Below are positions 28,907 to 43,053 of a DNA stretch of 64,000 nucleotides, in pieces. Where the stretch lies: sequence record OQ411014.1; one strand, written 5' to 3'. The stretch comes from Escherichia phage EJP2. Within the stretch, counting starts at the first letter, position 1; every line of letters starts with the position of its first letter. The position numbers and the translations under genes were made by a program. The notes beneath the pieces were generated by a model. That model saw nothing but the letters and a program-made list of their open reading frames with translations, had not been told where the DNA came from and searched no databases.

Positions 28907-29638
28907 ATGGATCTACGCAATGTACTACGTGACCTAGTAAACACCACTTCCGGTATCGATTTCACCTGTATCGCAGTTTCTAATGAAGACCGTGGTGAAG
29001 GTCAACGTGTGTATATGGAATCTTATACAGAAGACAAAACCCTAGTAATGCGTGCTTTCACTAAAGAGAACGTACCAGACTTCGAAGGTCGTTTTGGTCT
29101 AACCAACCTCGGAACTCTTCAAGGTCTAATGAACCTCAAAACCTTCAGTACTGAAGGAACTACTATCACAGTAAACCAGAAAGCTGGTAAGGTTCAAAGT
29201 CTAGGTTTTGCTTCTGAAGATGCAAGTACTGTATTCGTTGTACAGTCCGAGAAATTCATTCCAGCACAACCACGCTTCACTGAGAAAGATTATGCAGTAA
29301 CAGTTGTCCCAACTGCTGCTAAAGTTCAAGAACTAAAGAGCTTCTCTGGTGTGTTCAAGGCAATCAGTGCACTAGCTACTCCATACACTGAAGACGGCAA
29401 TATGTTCTTCCACGTTGGTGAAAAGAACAAGAATAACCACACTGGTGCGATTCAGTTCTCTAAAGCTGAAGGTGATTTGAAACTACAATACGGTTATGCA
29501 ATTGACCGCATTCTTCAAACCCTAGGTCGTGTATCCAATGCAGAATCTGCTTCACTGTCTGTAAGTGCAACTGGTATTCTGAAAGTTACAATTGATACTG
29601 GTCTTGTTGTTTATCAGTTCTTTGTACACGGTTGCTAA
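28907..29638 (+). CDS. Hypothetical protein (243 aa); possibly a sliding-clamp-like replication factor
   Basis: Size and position after the polymerase resemble T4 gp45 (228 aa); no motif confirmed. The ORF is secure, the function is not. Confidence 0.4.
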   Translation: MDLRNVLRDLVNTTSGIDFTCIAVSNEDRGEGQRVYMESYTEDKTLVMRAFTKENVPDFEGRFGLTNLGTLQGLMNLKTFSTEGTTITVNQKAGKVQSLGFASEDASTVFVVQSEKFIPAQPRFTEKDYAVTVVPTAAKVQELKSFSGVFKAISALATPYTEDGNMFFHVGEKNKNNHTGAIQFSKAEGDLKLQYGYAIDRILQTLGRVSNAESASLSVSATGILKVTIDTGLVVYQFFVHGC

Positions 29639-29650
29639 TATTTGATGGGA

Positions 29651-29680
29651 GATGAATAATCTCCCAATTTTTTATTCAGG
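29651..29680 (+). terminator. Rho-independent terminator
   Basis: GGGAGATGAATAATCTCCC hairpin followed by AATTTTTTATT. Confidence 0.65.
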
Positions 29681-29688
29681 AGAATACA

Positions 29689-30309
29689 ATGGCAGTCCCA
29701 CGTTTTATTGCTGACCCACATTTGGGGCATCGTAACATTCATAAGTACAGAACAGTATTTGAAAGTCAAAAACATAACGATTTGTATTTCATTCGTGTTC
29801 TTCAAGAATGTAGTACTAAACGTGATAGTATGTTCTTTCTAGGTGATGTAGTATTTGATGAGTACTATCTTGGTGCAATCAAAGAACTTCCTGGTAAGAA
29901 AATTCTTATTCCAGGAAACCATTGTACTGAATATATCCCAATGAAGAAGCTGGTGGATGTGTATGATGAAGTACATGCTTTATTGAAATATAAAGAGTTC
30001 TGGCTCTCACATGCCCCACTTCATCCTGACGAATTGCGTGGGAAACGAAACATTCATGGTCATGTACATACTGCATCAGTACCTGACACAAAGTACTTAA
30101 ACGTATCAGTTGATAGTACTTTTATGAATTATCTACCACGTACACTAACAGAAGTACGAACTGCTTTTGGAGAGCAACAAAGTACTTCACAGCATTACCG
30201 AGGAATTGATGATGCAGATGCATTATCAGTTATTACCTCAAATCCAATTTCCAAGAGTGCATACTATTGGGCGTTGGAAGAATCACGGAAGATTACAATT
30301 ATTTTATAA
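29689..30309 (+). CDS. Metallophosphoesterase (calcineurin-like phosphatase)
   Basis: DPHLGH, GDVVFD, GNH and GHVH motifs in canonical order. Confidence 0.65.
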   Translation: MAVPRFIADPHLGHRNIHKYRTVFESQKHNDLYFIRVLQECSTKRDSMFFLGDVVFDEYYLGAIKELPGKKILIPGNHCTEYIPMKKLVDVYDEVHALLKYKEFWLSHAPLHPDELRGKRNIHGHVHTASVPDTKYLNVSVDSTFMNYLPRTLTEVRTAFGEQQSTSQHYRGIDDADALSVITSNPISKSAYYWALEESRKITIIL

Positions 30310-30319
30310 GGAATAAAAA

Positions 30320-30520
30320 ATGCCACTATATACATTTCGCTGCACAGATGAGAAGTGCAACCACTCTGAAGACAAAATTGTAAAGATTGCAGATCGTGAG
30401 AATCCACGGCCTTGTACTAAATGCAATGGTGAAATGCGTCATGAGGCATTTACTGCAGGGGATAAAGGTGCTAACCTATATTTCCGTGGTAACTGGTTCG
30501 CAACAACAGGGAGATACTAA
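30320..30520 (+). CDS. FmdB-type zinc-ribbon small protein
   Basis: MPLYTFRCTDEKCNH...PCTKCNG matches the FmdB pattern (MPxYxYxC...CPxCG). Confidence 0.5.
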   Translation: MPLYTFRCTDEKCNHSEDKIVKIADRENPRPCTKCNGEMRHEAFTAGDKGANLYFRGNWFATTGRY

Positions 30521-30521
30521 T

Positions 30522-30818
30522 ATGACTAAACTACGAGCAAACACGGATTACGTTATCGTTGAACTAGTAGGTACTAAGAGCAACGTTACCGAAGCAGGTA
30601 TTATCATGTCCAACGTTGAACAACCAACTCTAGGTCGAGTCATCAGTGTTGGAGCAGGTAAATACTTACCTAATGGTGAACGTCAAGAACATAACATCAT
30701 CGATGGTGATATTGTTATTTTCGGTAAGTCATCACTCAACCAACCAATCCAGATTGATGAAGATAATGTATACTACGTCATGAAGGTTGATGAAGTATTT
30801 GGAACCTATAATGTCTAA
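30522..30818 (+). CDS. GroES-like co-chaperonin (T4 gp31 analogue)
   Basis: DYVIVELVGTKSNVTEAGIIM...GRVISVGAG...GDIVIFGK matches the Hsp10 pattern; ATG 30522 with GGGAGA RBS. The track ORF 30387 is an artefactual N-terminal extension. Confidence 0.6.
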   Translation: MTKLRANTDYVIVELVGTKSNVTEAGIIMSNVEQPTLGRVISVGAGKYLPNGERQEHNIIDGDIVIFGKSSLNQPIQIDEDNVYYVMKVDEVFGTYNV

Positions 30819-31530
30819 AAAACTACCATTTTGGATAATCCCCGCTCACTGGGGGTTGTCCGGTAAAGCAAAGAAAATTGCTCAAATCAACTATTACAGT
30901 ACTGATCAGTACCAAGCAGATTATGAATGTGCAGAACATATCTATTTGACTGAATATGAAATTGATTCAGCACGTAATGATATTGCGTTGCGTCATAGTA
31001 AGATTCAGAATCTGGAATACAGACTAAACAAACTATCCATTGATGAAAAGCACGGTCGAATCACTGAAAACGAACAAAAGAACAAAGCACTTGACATTCG
31101 TTTGGAAGAGAAAGATATTAGTGAAAAGGATTATGACCGTGAAAAACTTGAACTCCTTCCTGATGGTGAAGAGAAGAGTATTGGAACTATTGAGTACTTG
31201 TTCAAGTACCATGAAATTACTGAACGTGAATATAGCAAAGAACTATATACGTTGCGTAAAGAGCCGTGGATGGATTTCGATTTAGAATTGAATCAAGAAA
31301 CGAATGAGATTGAGTTATCATTTGACTATAATGAATTCTTCTGGAAGAAGTTGAAACATGATGGTCATCCAGGTAATGATGAATATGAAATCATCGAAAA
31401 CTTCATTCGTGATTGGGGACGTAAGATGGCATCAGATGAATACGTAGATGATTACGATTCTAAACTGATGAATGAGAATACTGAACCAGATCTTACTGGA
31501 CTACCGGAAGGTTATCGAGTTTATAAATGA
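30811..31530 (+). CDS. Hypothetical protein (about 239 aa)
   Basis: ATG overlaps the GroES-like stop (translational coupling); helical and charged. Confidence 0.5.
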   Translation: MSKKLPFWIIPAHWGLSGKAKKIAQINYYSTDQYQADYECAEHIYLTEYEIDSARNDIALRHSKIQNLEYRLNKLSIDEKHGRITENEQKNKALDIRLEEKDISEKDYDREKLELLPDGEEKSIGTIEYLFKYHEITEREYSKELYTLRKEPWMDFDLELNQETNEIELSFDYNEFFWKKLKHDGHPGNDEYEIIENFIRDWGRKMASDEYVDDYDSKLMNENTEPDLTGLPEGYRVYK

Positions 31531-31542
31531 CAAGAAAAAAGG

Positions 31543-31571
31543 AGAACATTGCGTTCTCCTTTTTTTTATAC
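31543..31571. terminator. Bidirectional terminator between convergent genes
   Basis: AGGAGAAC ATTGC GTTCTCCT hairpin with A-run upstream and T8 downstream. Confidence 0.65.
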
Positions 31572-31583
31572 TATACTGAAAAA

Positions 31584-32240
31584 TTAATCAAGAATAGCAG
31601 GAATCTGCTTGTGAATCTTGATTGCGAAGTTACCTGCTTGAGCAGGAGTCGCAGATGATTCCAATTTAACTTCACCACCAGTACTGGTCATGAATGGAAC
31701 ACCTGTTAGGTCATCAATTAGTAGACGGCCTTGGTCGATTGCAGTAGTTGGTACGCCTTGGAAAGTAGTAGCGTCACGGTCAAATACGTCAGCACGTTCG
31801 ATTAGGAAAGTGAGAGCACTTGCACCAGTAACGGAAGCAGCACCAGAGATACCATTTGGAGCGTTTTTCCAACCAACAACATCAGCAGCTTGTGCAATGA
31901 GGGAGGTGGATAGAATTACCGCACGTTGTTGAACAACGTCGATAACACGCTTCATATTTGTTTGAGCAGCGAAAGCAGCAGTGTAGTCAACTTCTACGGT
32001 AGCTTCTACGAAAGGAGTGCCGTCAACACGAACTACACCTTTATCGTTTAGGAAAGCAGTGATTTCATCACGCTCAACTGTGTTTAGAAAATGTTGAACA
32101 CCCGCATATGAACATGGAGCACCAGTCACAGCGATAACAACATCACCAGCATTTGCAACAGCGATGGAAACTAGGGCGTTTTTACCATAGAAATAACCAA
32201 GAACGCCACTCTCGGAGAAACCATTAATACGTTCTAACAT
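31584..32240 (-). CDS. Abundant virion-type protein, paralogue A (function unassigned)
   Basis: 218 aa, Ala/Val/Thr-rich; capsid-like codon bias; AAAGGAGA RBS; shares blocks with its neighbour (QQRAVILSTSLIAQAADV; LTFLIERADVFDRDATTFQG). Confidence 0.55.
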   Translation of the reverse strand: MLERINGFSESGVLGYFYGKNALVSIAVANAGDVVIAVTGAPCSYAGVQHFLNTVERDEITAFLNDKGVVRVDGTPFVEATVEVDYTAAFAAQTNMKRVIDVVQQRAVILSTSLIAQAADVVGWKNAPNGISGAASVTGASALTFLIERADVFDRDATTFQGVPTTAIDQGRLLIDDLTGVPFMTSTGGEVKLESSATPAQAGNFAIKIHKQIPAILD

Positions 32241-32257
32241 GTTAATTCTCCTTTAAA

Positions 32258-32821
32258 TTATTTAAGTACAGGTAGTGCAGCAAACACTTTAATAGCAACT
32301 GGAACAGCGTCAGCAGCAGAACCGTCTTGTTTGCGGAATACACCAGCTTGACCTAGGTCAGCAACGAATTCAGCACATGGATCAACTGGAACTGGGTATG
32401 CAGCACCTGGACGAACAGCTTGTGCGTTAAACACATCTTGACGTTCGATGATGTAAGTGATACCGAAAGAAGTAGCAGTTAGAACGCCAGTAGAACCGTA
32501 AGCGATTACGTTACCGTCAACTTTACCGAAATCAGCAACAGTTGCATCTACTTCGCCTTTAGCTAGTAGAGAGGTAGTAACTAGTACTGCACGTTGGGAA
32601 AGTAGTTGTGCAACCATAAATTGGTTGTAGTTTGCAGCAGATAGAGCGGTCTGAGCAGCGTTATCGCCAATTTCAGTACCGTCAGGTTGAATAGCGGTTT
32701 CGCCAATTTCAACGTCAGCAGGTAGAGATAGAACTACAGTTACAAAACCGTTATCACCACCCCAGAATTCACGACCATGTGCACTCATGCCATAGTTACG
32801 ATCAAAAGTATTAAGACTCAT
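32258..32821 (-). CDS. Abundant virion-type protein, paralogue B (function unassigned)
   Basis: 187 aa; SQRAVLVTTSLLAKGEVD and ITYIIERQDVFNAQAVRPG align with paralogue A; same codon bias. Confidence 0.55.
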   Translation of the reverse strand: MSLNTFDRNYGMSAHGREFWGGDNGFVTVVLSLPADVEIGETAIQPDGTEIGDNAAQTALSAANYNQFMVAQLLSQRAVLVTTSLLAKGEVDATVADFGKVDGNVIAYGSTGVLTATSFGITYIIERQDVFNAQAVRPGAAYPVPVDPCAEFVADLGQAGVFRKQDGSAADAVPVAIKVFAALPVLK

Positions 32822-32865
32822 AAAAATCTCCTTGTCTAATTTGTTGCAGATTAATCCTGCTTAAA

Positions 32866-32877
32866 GTTATTTATCAA
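32866..32877 (-). promoter_or_regulatory. Late-type promoter box (GATAAATAAC on minus strand) for the paralogue pair
   Basis: Reverse complement of TTATTTATCA about 45 nt upstream of the 32821 start. Confidence 0.4.
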
Positions 32878-32963
32878 TTGTGTATTTGCATAACACGGAA
32901 AAGGATGAAATAACATCGTTTTATATGAATTTATTTATCAAATTTTGAGACACACAGATTTTA

Positions 32964-32974
32964 TGTGCTATAAT
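32964..32974 (+). promoter_or_regulatory. Early-type promoter variant TGTGCTATAAT
   Basis: One mismatch from the consensus; about 30 nt before the 33007 start. Confidence 0.5.
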
Positions 32975-32982
32975 ACTACTGA

Positions 32983-33993
<1,011 letters not shown>

Positions 33994-33994
33994 T

Positions 33995-34495
33995 ATGCCA
34001 GTACTAAAAATACTAACGGACTATGCATTCATTGCTGAAACTAACGCAGGTGATAAGATTGGTATTCTAATCAATCACGCAGAAGACAGTACTGAACGGA
34101 ATGGGATTGAATTTATTTGTCCAGACGGAACATTAGAATTCAATACTATTGAAGAACTAGAATCTATTATGGGTGAGAAATTCACCTATAAAGAAGTAGA
34201 AACGAAAGATGCGACAACTTCATCTAAGAGTATTGGTGATTATCCTGTAAATGACACAGATAGTGTTTATGATGTACAGGAAGACCCAACAACTGGTTAC
34301 AGTACTTTCTCTAAGAGTAAGAAGTCTAAGAAGCGTTTCTACCCAGGTTGGTTCTTGGTAAAATCCAGTACTGGAACATATAATCCACGGATGACTATCA
34401 GTACTGACATTTATGATGAACGTATTGATACTGATGAACTTTATGGTCCTTTCAAGACATTTATGGAAGTTACATATAAACTAAAAGGACTATGA
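33995..34495 (+). CDS. Hypothetical protein (166 aa)
   Basis: ORF with RBS, contiguous with the RNase H gene. Confidence 0.45.
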   Translation: MPVLKILTDYAFIAETNAGDKIGILINHAEDSTERNGIEFICPDGTLEFNTIEELESIMGEKFTYKEVETKDATTSSKSIGDYPVNDTDSVYDVQEDPTTGYSTFSKSKKSKKRFYPGWFLVKSSTGTYNPRMTISTDIYDERIDTDELYGPFKTFMEVTYKLKGL

Positions 34496-34496
34496 T

Positions 34497-37800
<3,304 letters not shown>

Positions 37801-37817
37801 ATATAATTATAATATAA

Positions 37818-39146
<1,329 letters not shown>

Positions 39147-39164
39147 GGAGATAAATTCACTTTT

Positions 39165-39175
39165 TGTGATATAAT
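39165..39175 (+). promoter_or_regulatory. Early-type promoter TGTGATATAAT (first of a tandem pair)
   Basis: Exact box. Confidence 0.55.
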
Positions 39176-39260
39176 AGATTTACCAGCTAGTCTGGTGAAG
39201 TAAAAGACTTGAGATTGTCTCTAAAAAATCTTAAAAAATTATTGAGCATTTCGAAAAGAA

Positions 39261-39271
39261 TGTGATATAAT
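39261..39271 (+). promoter_or_regulatory. Early-type promoter TGTGATATAAT (second of a tandem pair)
   Basis: Exact box about 95 nt upstream of the SSB gene. Confidence 0.55.
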
Positions 39272-39364
39272 ATAAACATCAAGATGATACGGAAATAAAA
39301 CAACATCTTGATGGTAACAAAGAAACCTAATATAAACCAAGAAACAACGTAAAGGAATACAAAT

Positions 39365-40426
39365 ATGAAATCTCTAGCTGAAATTCGTGCTCAACTACAA
39401 GCTCAAGAAGAAAAAGCCACCGCAATCAAAAACGGTACTTTTACTGGTGAACGTAAAGCTGACGCTTTCCTAGCTTTCTGGAACATCCCAGAGAACACTC
39501 CACTAAATCTACGTTTTCTACCAGATGCGGATGAGAACAACCCATTCTTCTGGCGTGAACGTGACATGATTACACTTGAGTTCAACGGTATCGTTGGTAT
39601 GCACTCTGATAAAGTACGTGTTCAAGTACCATGTAATGAAATGTGGGTTCCAAAATCCTGTCCTGTAACTAACGAACTACGTAAGTGGTACGAAGTTGCT
39701 AAAGAGACTGGTGATGAAGCTCTAAAACAACAAGCAAGCAAATACTGGAAAAAGAAATCCTATCTACTACAATGCTTTATCGCTCCTGATTCTGTAGCTG
39801 TAAAGGATGATATCGCTCCAGAAAACCCAATCCGTCGCGTTCTAGTGAATAAAGAGATTTTCAGTAAAATCACTTCTATTCTAATGAACCCAGGCATCAA
39901 AGAAATGCCAGTTCACTATGAAGGTGGTCGTGACTTTGGTGTAGTAAAAACTAAAAACGGTGGTGGCTTCAACCAGTACAATATGTCCCAGTTCTCCATG
40001 TCTGAGCGTCCATTGAATACTGCTGAACGTGCTGCAATCGAAACATACGGTCTATTCGACCTAGGCGAATTCATGCCAAAACAACCAACTCCTGAAGAAC
40101 TACAAGCAATTGCTGAAATGTTCGAAGCATCAGTTGATGGCAAACCATATGACCCTGCACGTTGGGCTTTCGCTTACCGTCCAGCAGGTGTTCAAAAACC
40201 AACTAGCGGTGCACCTTTTACTCCAGCACCACAACAAGCTCCTACTACTCCTGCTCCACAAGCACCAGTACAGGAAAGTGTTCAACAACCTGCTCCACAG
40301 GCTCCAGTACAACAACCTGTACAACAGCCAGTACAAACTCCAGTAACTCCTGTTACTCCAGCGGCATCTACCGCTCCAGTATCAGCAGCAGATTTGGTTG
40401 CTCGTCTAAAGATGCAAAACAAATAA
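39365..40426 (+). CDS. Single-stranded DNA-binding protein (T4 gp32-like) with Pro/Gln-rich C-terminal tail
   Basis: LNLRFLPDADENNPFF and CPVTNELRKWY resemble gp32 VIRFLPSKNDEQAPF and CNELRKKY; biased codon usage; C-terminal PAPQAPVQ repeats. Confidence 0.7.
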   Translation: MKSLAEIRAQLQAQEEKATAIKNGTFTGERKADAFLAFWNIPENTPLNLRFLPDADENNPFFWRERDMITLEFNGIVGMHSDKVRVQVPCNEMWVPKSCPVTNELRKWYEVAKETGDEALKQQASKYWKKKSYLLQCFIAPDSVAVKDDIAPENPIRRVLVNKEIFSKITSILMNPGIKEMPVHYEGGRDFGVVKTKNGGGFNQYNMSQFSMSERPLNTAERAAIETYGLFDLGEFMPKQPTPEELQAIAEMFEASVDGKPYDPARWAFAYRPAGVQKPTSGAPFTPAPQQAPTTPAPQAPVQESVQQPAPQAPVQQPVQQPVQTPVTPVTPAASTAPVSAADLVARLKMQNK

Positions 40427-40466
40427 TCTGAAGTTGAAGTAAGTAGTAAAGGTAGTATAATAGATA

Positions 40467-40495
40467 AAGGGGCAAAGGATTTGCCCCAATTTTAT
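40467..40495 (+). terminator. Rho-independent terminator
   Basis: GGGGCAAAGGATTTGCCCC hairpin followed by AATTTTATT. Confidence 0.65.
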
Positions 40496-40511
40496 TCATG
40501 GAGAAGAATAT

Positions 40512-41630
40512 ATGAAAATGACATCTGGTTTCGCTAACATCCTAAAAAGCAGTACTGCATCTGTAAAGAAAAACTCTGGCGTTAGTATGGGCTTCCATGA
40601 TCCTGACACTTGGGTTAGTACTGGTAACTTAGCATTGAACTACCGTATCAGTGGAGACTTTCGTAAAGGTATCCCACTAGGCAAAGTAACTATGTTTGCT
40701 GGTGAATCTGGTTCTGGTAAATCATTTATCGTTAGTGGAAACATTGCTCGTGAAGCACAACAACAAGGTATCTTCGTAGTACTAATTGACTCCGAAAACG
40801 CATTGGATAGTGATTGGCTTCGTGCTCTAGGTGTTGATACTTCTGAAGAAAAACTTCTAAAAATGAACATGGGTATGATTGGCGACGTTGCTAAATTCAC
40901 TTATGACTTCATTGAAGGTTATCGTAAAGAGTATGAAAACGTTCCACGTGAAGAACGTCAAAAAGTACTGTTCATCATTGACTCTATCGGTATGTTGAAT
41001 ACTGAAATTGCTAATGACCAAATGAAAGCTGGTACTATGAAAGGTGACATGGGTCACAAACCAAAACAACTAAAAGCGTACATCACTAACTGTGTGAACT
41101 CTTTAGGTGCATTGAATATGGGTATGGTCTGTGTAAACCACAGTTACGAATCCCAAGACATGTTCAACCCTGACCCAAAAATCAGTGGTGGTTCTGGTCT
41201 AGTATATGCATCCTCAATCGTAGTTGCGATGGGTAAACTAAAATTGAAAGAAGACCAAGATGGTAACAAAACATCTGATGTGAGCGGTATCCGTTCAAAA
41301 TGTAAAGTCATGAAGACTCGTTACAACAAACCATTTGAAGACGTAGAAATCAAAATCCCTTACGAGCGTGGCATGGACCCACTAAGTGGACTATTTGATA
41401 TGTTCCTCAAATACGAACTACTAACCAAATCCGGTAACCGTTATATGTATGTTGATATCGATACTGGTGAACAAATCCTCATGTTTGAAAAAGCATGGCG
41501 TCAAAATACAAACAAATCGCTTGAACTAGTAATGGAACAGTTCAATCGCCATCCTAATATCTCTCCTATCCTAGAAGATGATAAAGGTGATGAATCCTTT
41601 GGTGATGATATCCCAGACACTGAAGAGTAA
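40512..41630 (+). CDS. uvsX: RecA-family recombinase UvsX
   Basis: Walker A FAGESGSGKSF; RecA-like core; 372 aa, close to T4 UvsX (391 aa). Confidence 0.85.
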   Translation: MKMTSGFANILKSSTASVKKNSGVSMGFHDPDTWVSTGNLALNYRISGDFRKGIPLGKVTMFAGESGSGKSFIVSGNIAREAQQQGIFVVLIDSENALDSDWLRALGVDTSEEKLLKMNMGMIGDVAKFTYDFIEGYRKEYENVPREERQKVLFIIDSIGMLNTEIANDQMKAGTMKGDMGHKPKQLKAYITNCVNSLGALNMGMVCVNHSYESQDMFNPDPKISGGSGLVYASSIVVAMGKLKLKEDQDGNKTSDVSGIRSKCKVMKTRYNKPFEDVEIKIPYERGMDPLSGLFDMFLKYELLTKSGNRYMYVDIDTGEQILMFEKAWRQNTNKSLELVMEQFNRHPNISPILEDDKGDESFGDDIPDTEE

Positions 41631-41642
41631 AATAAATTCACA

Positions 41643-41672
41643 TGGCTACTTTACGGTAGCCATTTTTAATGC
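41643..41672 (+). terminator. Rho-independent terminator
   Basis: ATGGCTAC TTTAC GGTAGCCAT hairpin followed by TTTTTAAT. Confidence 0.65.
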
Positions 41673-41698
41673 TAGTATAAAACCAAAGGAGTATAGTG

Positions 41699-42163
41699 AT
41701 GAGCAAACCTTGGCATTGGGTAATAAAAGCTGATAAAACTAAGATTGTTGATATGGTACAGTTCTTTGATGCTGAACTGGAACAAGCTCGTAAAGAGATC
41801 AAACAAGTTGGTGTTATCGAGAATATTGCAGCAAAACTCCCTTCTTACCATGAAGAGCGTTTTGGTCAACTACAACAAATCGAAGCAGTGATGGAAGTTC
41901 TTGAACTAGAAATGCGTAAACTCGAATCCGAAAAGTTTCAGTTCTTTCTAGAACACTATCGCCGTGCTTTGTCGTCTGCTGACTGTAAACGTTATGTTGA
42001 AGGTGACAAAGAAGTAGTAGAACAATCAGAACTAATCAACGAAGTTGCGTACATCCGTAACCAATACGTTGGTATCATCAAATCCCTAGAAATGAAAGCA
42101 TTCCAGATTAACAATATCGTTAAACTGCGTACTGCTGGAATTGAAGACGCTCGTATCGACTAA
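41699..42163 (+). CDS. Hypothetical helical protein, possibly recombination mediator (UvsY-like)
   Basis: 154 aa, adjacent to uvsX; C-terminal region loosely resembles recalled UvsY; AAGGAG RBS before ATG 41699 (track start 41696 is GTG). Weak. Confidence 0.3.
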   Translation: MSKPWHWVIKADKTKIVDMVQFFDAELEQARKEIKQVGVIENIAAKLPSYHEERFGQLQQIEAVMEVLELEMRKLESEKFQFFLEHYRRALSSADCKRYVEGDKEVVEQSELINEVAYIRNQYVGIIKSLEMKAFQINNIVKLRTAGIEDARID

Positions 42164-42169
42164 TACATT

Positions 42170-42200
42170 AGGACGCACATCATTGCGTCCTATTATTTTA
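42170..42200 (+). terminator. Rho-independent terminator
   Basis: AGGACGCACATCATTGCGTCCT hairpin followed by ATTATTTTA. Confidence 0.65.
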
Positions 42201-42213
42201 TATAAGGAATTAT

Positions 42214-43032
42214 ATGTCTAAACTAGAAGAATTCTTGAAGAACGTATCAGTACTGGATACTGAAACCACTGGCGTTGAAAGCGATGATGACATTATCGAA
42301 TTCAGCATTTCCTATCCACATGGTTGTCATGAGAATATTGACACTATCGACAACTACACTCTACGATACAAACCTCTAAAAGATATTCCCCCAGAAGCGA
42401 GTGCAGTCCACTTTATCAGTACTGAAGATGTAGCAAACTGTATCGGTTATGCTGATGATCTAGAAAACATTGATGCTCTTATGGGTTGCCGTAACTACCT
42501 GATTGGTCACAACGTCCAGTTCGACCGTCGTATGATTACTGATAATGAATTCAAACATCGTGGTTCAGTATCCGAATATCTACTTGACGATTCTCGTTGG
42601 ATCTGTACACTACGTCTGGCGAAGAAAATGTTCGCAGAAGATGTTGAATATAAAAACCTAACACTAAGTTATTTGTGGTACAAATTCGGTTGTTATCGTG
42701 ATGTTCATCGTGCAGTCAATGCCCACGCAGCAAAAGATGACGTTTTCATGTGCTACCAAGTACTGGTAAAACTCGTTGAAGTTGCTATTGAGCGTGGTCA
42801 CATTGACCCAACACAAGACATTGGCCCACAAATTACTGAATTCGTAAACACCCCAATCCGTTATACCGTGATGCCATTTGGTAAACACAAGGGTGAACAA
42901 ATGTCTGTAGTACCACTAAACTATATTGAGTGGATGATTCGGAACAGTGACGTTCTAAACGAAGACCAGCCGAACTATGACATGGACTTTGCACACACTC
43001 TAGCAGCAGAATATAGCGAACGTACTAACTAA
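42214..43032 (+). CDS. DnaQ-like DEDDh 3'-5' exonuclease with C-terminal PFGKHKG-motif domain
   Basis: Exo I LDTETTG; HNVQFDRRMI (exo III-like); C-terminal PFGKHKGEQMSVVPLNYIEWM. Confidence 0.65.
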   Translation: MSKLEEFLKNVSVLDTETTGVESDDDIIEFSISYPHGCHENIDTIDNYTLRYKPLKDIPPEASAVHFISTEDVANCIGYADDLENIDALMGCRNYLIGHNVQFDRRMITDNEFKHRGSVSEYLLDDSRWICTLRLAKKMFAEDVEYKNLTLSYLWYKFGCYRDVHRAVNAHAAKDDVFMCYQVLVKLVEVAIERGHIDPTQDIGPQITEFVNTPIRYTVMPFGKHKGEQMSVVPLNYIEWMIRNSDVLNEDQPNYDMDFAHTLAAEYSERTN

Positions 43033-43053
43033 TACACAATAAGGAACTCATGG

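Noticed and set aside
28907-29638. Firm call of this gene as the sliding clamp
   Set aside because: Only size and position support it; no clamp motif could be matched from memory, so the function is left open.
30387-30521. N-terminal extension of the GroES-like ORF as given in the track
   Set aside because: It overlaps the FmdB-like gene in another frame; the GroES homology and the RBS both begin at ATG 30522.
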